Below are positions 38,499 through 52,264 of a stretch of 64,000 nucleotides of DNA, in pieces. Both the position numbers and the translations under genes were made by a program. Source of the DNA: Balanoglossus misakiensis (lineage: Eukaryota > Animalia > Hemichordata); the NCBI GenBank assembly GCA_040954595.2, contig CM082580.2:7542390-7606389 (forward strand), read 5' to 3'. The notes under the pieces were generated by a model. That model was not told the origin of the DNA. It made no database searches and saw nothing but the letters and a program-made list of their open reading frames with translations. How positions within the stretch are numbered: the first letter of the stretch is position 1; each line of letters starts with the position of its first letter.

Positions 38499-40476
38499 AT
38501 GGCCGACAAGCCTCGAGGCGTGACTGACGGCTACGTGCGAGTGAAGAGGGAGAGCGCGGTGACTGAAGTGGTGGTTGCCAAGCAGAAATTCCGCCAGCCG
38601 TGCTGGGTGAAGGTGCTCTGCACAAAATGGACAATACTGAGCATCCTGTTGATAACCGCCATAGTGTGGTTGATACTCTACCTGAATGCCATGGAGACCG
38701 AGGAGCCGCATCAGACGCACGGGACCCTCGTCGTGTTGCCTAGGAAACTTGCCAGTGAGAAGGGCGCCTATTGTCTGGATGGTTCGCCCCCTGGGTACTA
38801 CTTCAGGAAAGGTGGGTGTTACTGACAGATGGTGTCTGACATAGGAATATTCACATTATGTTAAACCCATCTGCTTATGCTGTGTTTTTATATGTTTATC
38901 TGTCTGCTGTTTCTCAGGCAGGGATGCGGGCAAGAATTCTTGGATCGTATTCCTGCAAGGAGGTGGCTGGTGTTACAATATTTCCGACTGCTACAACAGA
39001 AGCTTCAACTCTCTCGGCTCGTCTGACCGATTTCCCAAGCAGCTTCTGTTGGATGGATTCGTGTCCAGCGATCAGGCCGTAAGTCCGGACTTCTACAACT
39101 GGAACTTGGCGTACCTGGCGTATTGTGATGGTGCCTCATTTGCTGGTGGGTAAATTGCACAAGCTACAGTTATTTATTTATTTAACATTATCATTGGTGT
39201 ATGTATTGGCCTATGATTTCCTATGCTTTACGCTTGCTGTGGTTTTTAACTTCTTTACCATACAGGTAATGCTGATGAATCTGTACGATACAAAGACAGG
39301 GATATCTACTTCCGTGGCGGAAGGGTCCTGGATCTGCTGTTGGAATACTTGATGGAGCGTGGATTATCCAAGGCGGACAGGGTTATACTCAGTGGGGCCT
39401 CAGGTACTGTATGCATAGAGCAAGAAGCTTACACAAAACATCCTCTGGCTCTAAGAGCATCTCAGCTTTGAGCTTAGATTTAATTTTTATCTATCTAATG
39501 TCTTGAGGGGTTGGCAAGAATAATACCCCCTACAAGAGCACGGTGTAACACTTAGTAACAAGTATGCCAATATGTCTATTTTTGATTTTTTTTAAAGATG
39601 CACGTGTTTCCTTTGGTGTTAACATTTTTCACCTCTTATTTTTTCCATACAGCTGGGGGTTTAGCTGTATACATCCATGCTGACTACACCAGGAGCAAGT
39701 TTCCTCCGTCAACAGATTTCCGGGCATTTGCTGATGCGGGCTACTTCCCTGATGTCAGGAATATCACAAACTTCCATCACATCCGATCGGCATATCAGAA
39801 AATCTATGATTTCCAGCACGTTGAAGGTAGATGATTTTGGACATTTTGACAACAAAGTTATTCTGCTAAATATTGATAAGTTATCATTCAACTTGATTCC
39901 AATGCTTCAATGTATACCATTATTGGGCACTTTTCAAAATAAATGACATTGTGGTTTTGTGTTTCGTTCGCAGGAAGCCTGAACAGAGCTTGCTTAGCCT
40001 CGCACGCCAGCGACGAAAAGTGGAAATGCTTCTTCCCCCAGTACACGTACAAGTACACGAAGACACCCATGTTTGTACTCAACTCTGCGTTCGACTACTG
40101 GACCATGTGGTTCATCCTGGACTTGCGGTGCTACTACCTAAAGTGCGACGACATCCGACAGTACTTCTACACTTTCTACCCGAAGGAGTTCATGGAGCTG
40201 GCCGAGCAGCTGTTCGACTCCGCGAGAGACGGCGTCTACGTGTCGTCGTGTTACGCCCACACGCAGGCCATGCGCAGCACGGAGTGGAATACGTACCTCG
40301 TCAACGGCACTACCCCGCAGGTGGCCTTCTCCGATTGGTACTTCGGCCGGAGATCTGTGGCCGAGTCCAAGTACTGGGACTGCTTCACTCCCGCATGCAA
40401 CCCTACGTGCAACTGGAGCTACGAGTACTACAAAAACGTGTCGGCCATGCTCGGCACGTTTGATTTTCTGCACTAG
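38499..40476 (+). CDS. Pectin acetylesterase/Notum-family serine hydrolase, type II membrane, copy 1 (~451 aa)
   Basis: Exons 38499-38811, 38918-39145, 39266-39403, 39653-39826, 39974-40476; 1356 nt. CLDGSPPGYY, QGGGWC, PDFYNWN, YCDGASFAG, nucleophile GASAG, CFFPQY, NSAFD (Asp), SCYAH (His); N-terminal TM helix. Confidence 0.93.
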
Positions 40477-41910
40477 ATGTGAAAGTCCAGAACTTGCCAG
40501 ACAATATGGATGCGGACAAGTAAATGACCAGTTCTGGTATGCTTGTACCTGTCGGTCAGAATGGTGTGTGGAAAATGCATATAGGCAATAATCAGAAAAA
40601 GATGATTCAAAATATATTGTAGTACTTAAGAAAGTGTGCTTCACAGCACACATTGATTTTTTGACAATGGCAGGGATTTGAAAATGAGACAGAAAAGGTT
40701 GAATGTACTAGTCTATCCTGTCACTCTGTGATACAGGACATATCATTGATGGGTAGAATTTAAAAAAAAGATATCAGAAAAAATCAGGAGGTATTTCCAA
40801 TTCCATGAATTGTATAACACTGCAACTATTAGGTCTTTAAAGTGGGGCACTAGAAATGCGTGATATAAATTCTCCTTGAGATGAAATAAAATTTCACATA
40901 CTATCTTGCATCCTATTTGAAAACACGGAACTGTGGCAGTCATTTGCCTGTGTATACTGTACCCCTCACAAGCTGTATTTTGTAATTTCTTCTCATGTTT
41001 TATTCTTTTCAGAGACTCTAATAAACTGAGAGCATGTACTTAGACAGAGGATACAATATTTAATGAGATTCTGGCTAATTACAGCCTTGTGGCTGGATCT
41101 TTTACATGTACTTTGATGACTCTTGATGATGATTTCAAACCAGTTTATGTTAGTCACTATGTTTTGTTCAGGGATATGAAGCTGGCCATTACAACCAAGA
41201 AATGTGGCAACAAGTTTCACAGTCCAAAATAAATAAGTGTAGCCTGTAGGTGCTATTGATACGCATTGGAAACATTCAATGTAAATTCACCTTGTACTTA
41301 GGAGAGTCTTCGCATATAAAACTCCGTTTATATTTCATATATGTACTGAAAGCTCTTGTATTTTTTTTTCTAAAAAAATATATTAAAAAGTTGTCTTGAC
41401 ATCGATGTGTGTTATGGTTTGTGTGGATGTGTGACGATACGCCGTTCTCGGATTGATCTTTTCTCAAGTCTTCTTGTACGTACATGTACTTTCGTTGCCT
41501 GCTGCTGATAGTATTCTTCTGAAATCATTCTTCTTACTCCCCGCGTGGTGGCGCTTCATGGGTCACATTGAGGTCAAGAAAACAACATCATGATATCATA
41601 GTCAGTTTGATCATCGTCTGATTCAATCGTAAGGTAAGTCATTCGTTGGAGACTTTTGCGCTGGTGGATAATGGTCTTGTGATGTTGGGGTGATGTTGTC
41701 CTGTGGCGTCGAATTCTGTACTCAGCTCAGCTACATTATAAGCGGGCATTGCCACGCAAACGGTGACCTCATATTGACCTTGTACAGTTACACAGAATAC
41801 ATGACATCACACATATCAAAGCTGCAAGGTTTTGAACCCTCCCCCTTGCTTTTATGTTTTTTGTTGACAAAGGGACTTGTTTTACAAAATATTTTAACTA
41901 TTTTATAGAT

Positions 41911-41986
41911 TAGCTGCAATAATTGTAGCCTTGGTGGGCTGGCTTGATCGCTGACAGCCAATCAGCCTATACAATTATTGCAGCTA
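41911..41986. repeat. 76-bp palindromic element with perfect 17-bp arms (MITE-like hairpin)
   Basis: TAGCTGCAATAATTGTA (41911-41927) and TACAATTATTGCAGCTA (41970-41986), with partial inner pairing ggctg/cagcc. Confidence 0.8.
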
Positions 41987-42246
41987 CACTAATAGACAAG
42001 TAATTGTCAAATTATCTCAAATGAGACAATTTAATGAGAAAATTGGACAATGATTTTGTCGATAAGTAAACACAGTCATGCAAGCAATTAGGCTGTGTAA
42101 CTGTAATGGTAAGAATTAACTGAATGCTTGAAATTCGCTCTCATGAATCTGTTTGAACTTGCAGACGATGTACTACCACTTGTGATGACCCAAGTGCAGG
42201 TCATGTGAGCCATCACTCGACGGTAAACCGCACAAGCTGTTGAATA

Positions 42247-44446
42247 ATGTCAGACATGCACAGGAGTCGCAACGACGGCTACGTTCCAGTTGACCAGGAG
42301 GATAAGGCTGAAACCCCGGACAAGGAGAAGATGAAGATTTATCGTCGCCGTTGCTTTATATCAAATAAGTTTCTAGCAGTTGCAGGCATTTTGTTGACTG
42401 CCTGGGTGTTGTGGTTTCTGTGGCGGAACCTGAGAGCAAAGGCAGGGACTTTTGGAACGCACGGCCATCTTGTTGTGTTGCCTCGGAAACTGGCCAGTGA
42501 GAAGGGTGCCTATTGTCTGGATGGTTCGCCCCCGGGGTATTATTTCAGGAAAGGTTGGTTTTAACAGAGATTTAATTTGTATCTGCACAATAGAAAATCA
42601 TTCTGCACCATAATTTTGTCATGCAACAAAAGAGTATTATTTGTCAGATATCACCCTCTTTGTTGACAAGAGATATCATAGTCTGTGCCCAGCTGGTTTG
42701 CATTTATGCTGGTATTTTATTTTGGTATGCAGCTATTTTAATGTGTACAATTTTCAAAGAGAGCATATCATCTGTATATAGGATTGAGGATTACATTTAC
42801 AAGTAAAAGGGCCTTTTGCCCGCAAATATTCTGTAGACACATGTATTCTCTCCTATCACACTTCAGCAGTGTTTTGCTGTATGTCCAAGAAATGCAGATA
42901 TCATACACCCCATAGCGATTTCCATGGGACTATTTCTGGATGTGAATTCTCTTCTGCAGGTAGCGACAGTGGAGAGAATTCCTGGATCATCCATCTGCAG
43001 TCTGGCGGTTGGTGCACCAGTCTGTCAGACTGCTACGACAGAAGTCAAACACCTCTCGGTTCCTCGAGCCAGTTCCCTGCGCAGTACGAGTTTGACGGCA
43101 TCCTGTCCAATGACAAGAGCATAAATCCGGATTTCTACAACTGGAACGTTGCTTATTTCGCGTACTGTGACGGTGCATCTTTTGCCGGTGAGACAATTGT
43201 ATCATGAAATTTTTCATGTTTTTCTTTTCAACGTAGCCTAAGTTTCAGGCCTGTCATGAATTCACCTTTGCACAACTTTGAGAGCTATAATTCTGAAATT
43301 TTATCTCCTTTGTGAAAGATTTCCCCAATGCATGAGTTGACAAGGCTGTTCTGTCTGCTTCCTGCCCTGTAGGTAATGCTGATGAACCCATCCGATACAG
43401 AGACAGGGATATCTACTTCCGTGGCAGGAGAATCCTGGATCTGCTGTTGGACTACTGGATGGAACGGGGATTGTCGGTGGCTGATAGAGTTATATTTACT
43501 GGCGCATCAGGTACATGTATTAATAAAAAAAATACCCCAACAAAATTGGGACATTCATTCAGTGGATAAATACATGGTATTGTCTATCTGCCCAGATGTT
43601 GTTGCAAGTTATGTGAAATAATTTGACACTCAAATCTGTGTGATTTGGTTTCTCACAGCTGGAGGTTTGGGGGTGTTCATCCATGCCGACTACGTCCGGA
43701 GCAAGTTCCCATCATCGACAGACTTCCATGCCTTCCCAGATGCTGGCTACTTTCCAGATGTCAACAACATCACAGACTTCCCTTATATCCGCACGCAGTA
43801 TCGGAGCATCTTCAGTTTACACCAAGTTCAAGGTTGGTGACTGTGTGATACCAAAACTTGAGTTTTATAATGTTTAATTTTGTGGGCGAATTTATTCTCG
43901 ATAAGATCGGCTACAATCAATCAAAAAATCTCAATTTTTTTGTTTGCAGGAGGCCTGAACAAAGAATGCCTAGCTGCACAAGACAGTGACAGCAAGTGGA
44001 AGTGCTTTTTCCCGCAGTACACGTACCAGTACGTCCAAACACCCATGTTTGTACTCAACTCCGCCTACGACTACTGGACCATGTGGTTTGCATTGCACCT
44101 GCGATGTCACCCGTCGCAGTGCGACGACAGAAGACGGAACGACCACTATGCCTTCTACAGAGACTTCATGCAGACGGCCAAGCAGCTGTACGACTCCACC
44201 AAAGACGGCGTCTACGTATCGTCATGTTACGCCCACACGCAGGCCTTGTTCCACAAGGAGTGGACGGCGTTCCTGGTCAACGGCACGACCCCGCAGACGG
44301 CCTTTTCCGATTGGTACTTCGAGCGGAAGTCCGCAGCCGATTCCAAGTACCGGGACTGCACCACGCCGGGGTGTAACCCTTCTTGCGATTGGAGTTTGGG
44401 GTTTTACGAACGGGTGACGACGAGGTTGAAACAGCATCACTTCTAG
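42247..44446 (+). CDS. Pectin acetylesterase/Notum-family serine hydrolase, type II membrane, copy 2 (~447 aa)
   Basis: Exons 42247-42553, 42960-43187, 43373-43510, 43659-43832, 43950-44446; 1344 nt. Internal exons have the same sizes as copy 1 (228/138/174). GASAG, NSAYD and SCYAH triad intact. Confidence 0.93.
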
Positions 44447-44796
44447 GAATTCATTACAGTGTGTGGAATTTTATTGATCATCTTGTGCCTCTAGAATGGC
44501 TTGGGAAAATGAGGCTCCTATCTTTTTTTTGGGGGGGGGGGGGTTGGAAGGAAGTTGTGTATATTCAGATGTAATATAACTTACATTTTAATAGAAATAA
44601 AGGAAGCTGAAAAATATTATTAGAAAAAAAGTGTAAACAACATGGGTTTTCTGTCATATTTTTTGTTCCCCCCCCTTCTTTTATTTCCCGTTTTATACTC
44701 AGTTCAATAAGTCTTTTTCAATATGAATGAATATGAAATGAAACTTCTGATTCGGAAGTCAGTTTTAATACTGTTGACATCGCAAATACATGTACG

Positions 44797-47700
44797 TCAG
44801 TCGACGCGGACAGCTATAAAATATTGGGACAACGTCGCCAATAGCGTTGCCAAGACAACGGCGGACACGTCGCAGCTTGGGCAATCAGCTGCGCTGAAGT
44901 CATTGCGCAGGTTGACGGTATTGATGGGTAGCTTGATCTTTGACCTTGGAGGGCTCGTCAAAGAATGTATCCGAATCGTGCCTATCGAATCGGAAAAAAG
45001 GGAAAAAAGAATAAGGAATAGCATCGTTTTGTTCCCATTTTGCGCCTTAGTGAAATTCAGGTATGTATGCAGAAACATTACCGACTTTAACTGTCAAACA
45101 AAGAGGGCGCTTTTCAGTTGTGATATGTGATGTGGCGTAGTAAATATTTGGCTACCTAAATGTATACCAGTACAACTTGCATTTTCTCCCCATATCCCTC
45201 GTGTAGTAAAACGACGTCTGGTAAACTATTAGTAGTCGACTTTCAACAGCCCTTTGCCATTAAATGAGTTGGTTAATTTGAAAGTTACCTGATGTAGCAG
45301 GGCCCCACGCGTATAGGAAATGCCAAGTGTTGTCCAGATCTGTGACAGTTTCGTCGTGCGGGATTCTTTTCTTTCGCGAAAACCGGCAAGATATTCTACC
45401 GTCTTTAATGCGCCCTTCCGTGTCGTTGACCGGATTGAAGGACTGCTCGATGGACCAGTTGATCACATTCTGGTACCGTTTCACCGCCACCGTGTTCTTG
45501 GCTTCATCTGTGTTGACGCATGCGTATACGTCGTCTCCTCCCTTGAAAGATCAAAAATGCAACTCAGTATCGAATAATGCCTCCGCATGTCAGAACAGAA
45601 GTATCGAGTTTTCACGAAAATGTCCTATATCTTGCTTTAAAATTTGAATCCTGAACTGAAAGGTTTGTCGCTCACGATGGAGCTCCCCGAAACCCCAGAC
45701 TGGCAATCATACGCACAGACCAAGGGGGAAATACTTTATGATGGAAAGAGACGTCAGTCCTAATCTAAACCGCAGCTAGCTCACCATATATCTGTCCGAA
45801 CTGAACCCCACAGCCGCCCATCCCGTGGTCTTGGCGTCAATCTCGAAGAAAACATCCTCGCCTTCTTTTCGATACGTCAGTAGGTAGATGCACGTGTCCG
45901 ACGTACACTTCTCCTTGCCGTAACGGAAGCAATTCTTGGTGACGCCGCACGAATCGACGGCTATCGGTCGGAAGTTGTCGTAATATCCGCGCGGCACTTG
46001 GAGGCAAAGTTGAAACACTGCATTAGCAGGTACATGTAACTATTAAAGACTGAAAAATGACTAATATGACATAAGTTTTCCCAAAAAATTATGCTCAGTA
46101 GGAACTGAGGAAGTATGTGTACATACTTGAGGATCTTGTATAATCCAAGTATCACTTCTCAAGATTAAGAAAATATGTTAGTGTGGCAAATGGACTGATA
46201 TATGAATATACACACGATGATATACTAGTAGTTTACCTCTGTGCAACTTCTTGTAAAAGTTAACTGTTTTTGCAAGGATCACCGTGGGTTGAAGACGTGC
46301 GTCGTATATTGTTGCCCTGTATGTGATTTGAAGAGAACGTGGATGCACGTAATCAGTATACCCAGTCTGGAAATTGTCCCGTGTGCGCGTGAATATTAAT
46401 TAACAACGTCTCTTATTTAATATAACAATATTTAGCGAAGAATTTAAAATTCATGAAAGTGCAGCTTTTCGCTTTAAAATCCATATATATTAGCACAGTC
46501 CCTCTATAACATGAGAGACAGTGATAGAGGGACTGTGATATTAGCTATGTACTATTGAGGAATATGACGGCGTCACTTGCCTCAGATCAACCGCCCCATC
46601 ACTCGAGGCGTTTGCGTGGCCACTCCGCGGAGCGTGCCAGAAGGCAGCCGCCGAAAGTCCATTATGCTTTCCCCGCTCAACTCTCTGGGCGTACCGTCCG
46701 CGACACCCCATCGCGGGATTCGTTTTGTTGACCGCCGAGAACCATCCCCAGGGTTGCCGCTGAAATTGATGCGAGACATCGCTCGGCCTAAAAGTCTCGA
46801 ACACCACATATCGAGGAGTCACCGGGGACGACACGTTGCAGATGGCTTCCACTGGGGAAAGAAAAGAATACGATAAAGACTTTACAACGTGGGCGATTTG
46901 TGAAGTATACGGGGCGTTTAGTCAAGAATAAGCGTTCTCAAGGGCTCTGCTGTCTGACATCAGATTCCAGTCAGGCGTAAAATCTCTACCTGGAAACGAC
47001 AAGGAAAAAAAAACACCTGCAAATTATTCATGCAAGTGGTGGTAGCAATTCTGGCTATATCGAGAATTTTATATTTTGCAGGTTTTAAAACGTTGTCATC
47101 TGTAATGGTTCGGGTTGATCCCGGCTTATTTCTCTAACTATAAGTAAAGAAAACCACTTTCCCATAAACGCGGGGCCGCAATTGTCGTTTAAAACGGGAA
47201 GAACAGGTTTTTTTTTTTTTTTTTTTTTTAAAAAGCTGAGTTACTGCCACGTCTGACTTTAACGATAATACATAGGTTCTGTGGTCCCTGTGCGCATTTG
47301 TGGAGCTTGTAAAACCGATAGAAATTGTTAGCTCTGCGCCAAACACCTGCATTGCCTGGATTCTGGAGTTAATCCTATCTATGTGAGTGGAATGCTAAGA
47401 AAACAGAATGAGGGACGTCAGGTGGTAATTTGAAGTAAACACGTTCAATCTTTCACGTCAGTTGAAATTGGCTATTTACCAAAAAAGACATCGCGAAGAC
47501 CTTTCGGGGCCTAGAGTCCAGATCTCCCATCAAATACATGATACGACACGCGAAGCCAATTGCGAGAGACCGTATAATTAATTTCGTTAGATGTGTTATC
47601 TTTGATGTCACTTTCCGACGACACTCCTGGGAACGCGCAGTCAAACAAAATGCGTTGTGACATCGATCCCACCGGAAAACTGCGCATCACGAATTTCATC

Positions 47701-50401
47701 CATTGCAGGGAGGGCGTGAAGCCATTGCAGCTGGCAGAAACCTGTTCTTGCTCGCTGGTGTTCATATTTATGTTAACAATAAATCATCGCCAATATAGTA
47801 TTTGACCATTTCTATATTCTGATTTTCTTAAGTACACACACGTAGTCAATGTGTTGTTTTTCTCCCTGCGCGCGTATGTATTAACACCATATTCTCGTTC
47901 AATACTGGAAACACTATCCTCAAGCGCGTGATTTCCGATTATTTTCTGTTACAACGACCATTAGATTCAATTACACTTCAAGTTGGTAGCTATTACACGA
48001 TGCGCATAATTGGCATTTTGAAAATGCTTAATTGACAAGCCGTGACTGTTAGACCTCTCCCTGGTTTAACACACAGTGACTTGGTGTGTGGTTGAGACAT
48101 TGAACGCCTCATCGAGCACACCAAATTTTAAAACAAGGCCGGACCCCATCTTAAAATTCACATCTCGTAAAGAATTCACTAACAATTGATGGATGGGAGG
48201 GAAGGTAATCGTGGGACGAGTTGGAAATACTAAACGCGGACGAATTCTCCAGGCATACGCACCCGTGGAAATAAGATAAGCCAGGCGTAATACCCCTGCA
48301 AGTGCAACGGAGCATATAGATGACTTGGAAAGACATCGCTCAAAACAGTCACGCAAAAGCGATTCCAGCCCCCAGGTTTCCTACGACGATCTGACAGAAC
48401 GACAATTTGTCCCCTATATGAATAGGAAAAGAATGAGTAAATCTGAGGACAATGTGATGTGTTTTTAGTACATGTGTAATCAAGTATTGAGCTTTTATCT
48501 AAACGCTAATCTCATTTACAATGTAAACCATGAATTATTACAATACGTGCGAGCTGACGCGGAACAAGACCTCCACAATTATTGCATTAATGGTCGTGTA
48601 TGTAGGTTTTTATTATACTGCTGTCGGAGTTTGCAAAGAAAACTCCTATTCAGTCATGGCGACAATAAACACCGAGTTGTCGAAACCGCGGTTTTTAGTT
48701 CTAGTTACAGTGTGTATACTACGCATGCAGGATTGAAATGTAGGAAAAGGCGATGGATCATAGTTAGCCTCAGTTTTATCCCAAGGTCGCGGTGATCTAT
48801 ATGACCAACGAAGGCGTGTCTCATAACCAATTACGACATTTGAATTCAATAGATAAGGACAAACAGTACAAATTAGAACCGATAAGATCTAGGCGGCTTG
48901 ATCGAGTATCGGGGGAACGACTTCAATCCAGGATATGCGTCATGATGCCAGAATATGAAATATGGGCATTGAACGCATCGCAGGTGTTCAGTGTTATTCT
49001 CTGAACTCTTAAAACAATGGCGTTATATACGGACCGTATAACTTGGATTGCATCTCACCGCGTGACGGCAGCGTGGGATGGATGCAGATAATAGTGATAG
49101 GGAGCGCCATCAGTCTGTAACTATGGAAAGATAATGTCATTCATGCCCTTGAACTCGGGGAGACCATCCAAGCGGCTACTCATTATACGCCGCCTCGAGT
49201 TTGTTGACAAGGCATTACGATTTGTCAATCCGATATGCGGCGTGTCCTAGGTCCCCGTGCTCTTGTGGGTCTACCACACACTTATTGGATAATCAAACGA
49301 GCGATAAAAATATTACTTAGAGTTCAACACACACTCGATTATTAGTATGCGACTACATAACATTATTTATATTGTGCATGATCACATGACAATTACCGCG
49401 CATGGATAACAAATGACTATAATCATCGCGCGGATGATCAAGTTTGTCGCCATTTTGTAAATGCAATCTTTCGGTTGGCATTATATTTTCTACGGCATTT
49501 GTTTACAGCGTCTCTGTGTATATCTGGAAGGACACTCGATTCTGAGACATTTAGATGAAATACAGTTATATTTGTTTTGGTTTTGTGAAACTCGAGACTG
49601 AAATATTCACCTGATGATTTCCTGGTAAAATATGATTGTATTTCATGATTGCATTCTAGTAAAATTTTGAAAATCTATTATAGAAGAAAAGATTGCTTTT
49701 ATTTATCGTCGCATCTGAAATGACGACAAAATTTCGCCGTGTCGGATATTACTTTCACAATCTACCTTTGTGAAATATTCATGTTCCGCGTCATTTGCAT
49801 GCCGGGCACGTTGCCAGAGTTACTGAAGGATCGTACTCTTCGTTTCATTATACGGAAAAAAGAACATCTTTCTTTTCACAAAATTGACCTGGCTACCTCG
49901 GAAATATACACAGAGTCATAGTGGTAATTATCATGTAGTAGTCTTCATTGGTGTCATTCCCAGGATTTGCCTGTAACCAACTGTAACAGCTAATGGACCG
50001 AGTGAAGATTGAAAACAGGATGAAAGACAAATTACCAGTTACATTAAATATTAAGACGCCAATTCGCGCTGATACGTCACACATGTGTGTAACAATCATG
50101 TATGAGCGTATGTTTTACCATCTTCATATTGTAAACTAAGAAATGTCATATCTTACACTCACAATACTATATATACACAGTTATTTCCCTTCGACGTACC
50201 TTTAATAGTGGTACCATACACATACACATTGCTTGAAGTGTGTAGGTCACAGTTGTCGGTTGACGTCTTGACAATAGAGTCTTCATCGTCGCTAGCCGGA
50301 AGATTTTTCAAGACACCGCATGCGTCTTCATGTTCAGGCGCCGCGTTGGACGAGGCTGACAGAGACGCGAGTACAAGCAGGAGGCAGAGAGTAATCGTCA
50401 T
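44797..50401 (-). CDS. FRRS1L: FRRS1L-like DOMON-domain protein with an N-terminal Reeler-like region, ~400 aa
   Basis: Exons 50401-50200, 46851-46581 (GC donor), 46316-46237, 45996-45785, 45541-45289, 44981-44797; 1203 nt. Signal peptide; CGVTKNCFRYGKEKC..GWAAVGFSSDRYMGGDDVYAC..ISCRFSR..DETVTDL..LYAWGPA closely follows recalled vertebrate FRRS1L; hydrophobic C-terminal tail. Confidence 0.82.
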
Positions 50402-52264
50402 ATTCACAGACCCGCCCTGTACTGGCAACCCACTCGAACCCCCGCGATATTCGATGGTTGAGATGAGTTCGAAGTCCCTGTCACAACGCACCGGGACACG
50501 CTGTCACGACGACGAACGGTACGGCGCGGCGCCGTGCAACATATCAATTGGTGGCTGACCTGATTGATGGGGACGATTCTTGCCTGAGATATGACGTCGA
50601 TATCACATCTCAAGTCACCTGGCGGGAAAGTCGTAAATATCGCACAGGCAAAGTACGCGCGACCGAAAGCGCTCTTCAACTGTTTGGGGGAGCGACTGCC
50701 GCTCGAATATACAGGAGTAGTTACAACGAAAACGAGGCTTTAATTGCCCCTGTGAGATGTTGGGAGACAGTAAACTTGTTCTCATGGTACCAAACACTTG
50801 TTTACATGACTAATTCGTCGCGCAATCGCGCGTGCATGTTAGAGTGGTTTTACTACATGTAATATCAATTTGCTTAGGAACAACGATACCTGTACTAAAA
50901 TTATTGAAATCTGTATTTCGATTCGGACACAGGTGGAATCTTGGCAGCCATTCCCATTACTTCTCAAGCTTTGTCAATTTTTGGAAATGGTCCCGGGTAT
51001 TTGAAATGTTGTACACGTATTACACTTGGAAGGAAAGACGACACCATCAGTTCAATCTTTAAGCTCACGTCATCGTACGCAAATAAACCTCTAGCACATT
51101 CATTGACAAGTCACTCGTTCACAATCTATCAGCAGATATACCTACTTCGCATGGGAGAGATGCCAAAATTGCAAAATCTAATGTGTCTGTGTAACACTGA
51201 TCAAATACGTCATCCCTGCAAACACGTGCCATCCATTTTATTTCTGTGAACGCCTGTCGTTTGAGGCAAACATCGGCTGTGATTAGTTGTATTATAAAAA
51301 GATGATACTTGCATGAATGAGAAATGATTGCGAACTTTTTCCGACTGAGAGGGCGTGGATAACAAAAACCTCGCGCATCGTAAACGGCATTCAGCCCACC
51401 CCCCCCCCCCCCCCTAAGAAAAGGAAAACTTGTCGCTGTGACGAAGAAACAAGGGTAGCAGGCGTGTGTTTGTTCAGACAGGGCTGATGATCGGAGATTT
51501 CTTGCTTTAAGTTGTCATCAGGGGGGCGACAAAATCCACACCTTCGTCAAGTTAATGGCTTAATACGCGTGACCGGTGTGTCGATGCGTCCAAAGCCGCG
51601 ATGGTTATCGACAAAGAAACGCTGAATGAGTAATCTTGATTGGATGTTGGCATTAGCATATCCCTATCTGTAGAAATCGTCGCCATTTTTGTTACTTTGT
51701 AAAACACTTCTATTTTAGTCCAGACGCCGGAATGCATTACAGGGCGCTTGTTATTTTTCTTATACAGGGAAGAGTTACGGAACCATGTACGTACCATGCG
51801 TAGGCATATATGTACATCTGTATTACGTGATTGGCCATGAAAGAATATAAGAATGAAAAGTAGATTAACTAAACCGCACATAACGCACCATCGATCGTTA
51901 CGACATTTGTCAAAGTATTGTAAGTTTTTTTTTTCTAGAAAACGTTACTTTACATGGCAGTGGAACATTCACAAACGGGTTGTTAGAAAATAAGTTTGCA
52001 CTAAATAAATGTCAAGTCATCAAATGCACAACCTAAGTCTCAGGCTTGTGTTTTCTTTGTTGTTTGAAGATGTACAGAGAGGGTGTCTGTGGCGCCAATG
52101 GATCAAAAACTCACCAGACCACTACCTGTGTTACGTCGATTCAAACACTTTGATTTGAATATTATTTGTAGTATTAAACACTTCGAATGAAACCTGAACG
52201 TGGGACAACGTTAGGCTTCATACGTTTGGTTAGACACGATAAGAGATTCAGGACATGTACCATC

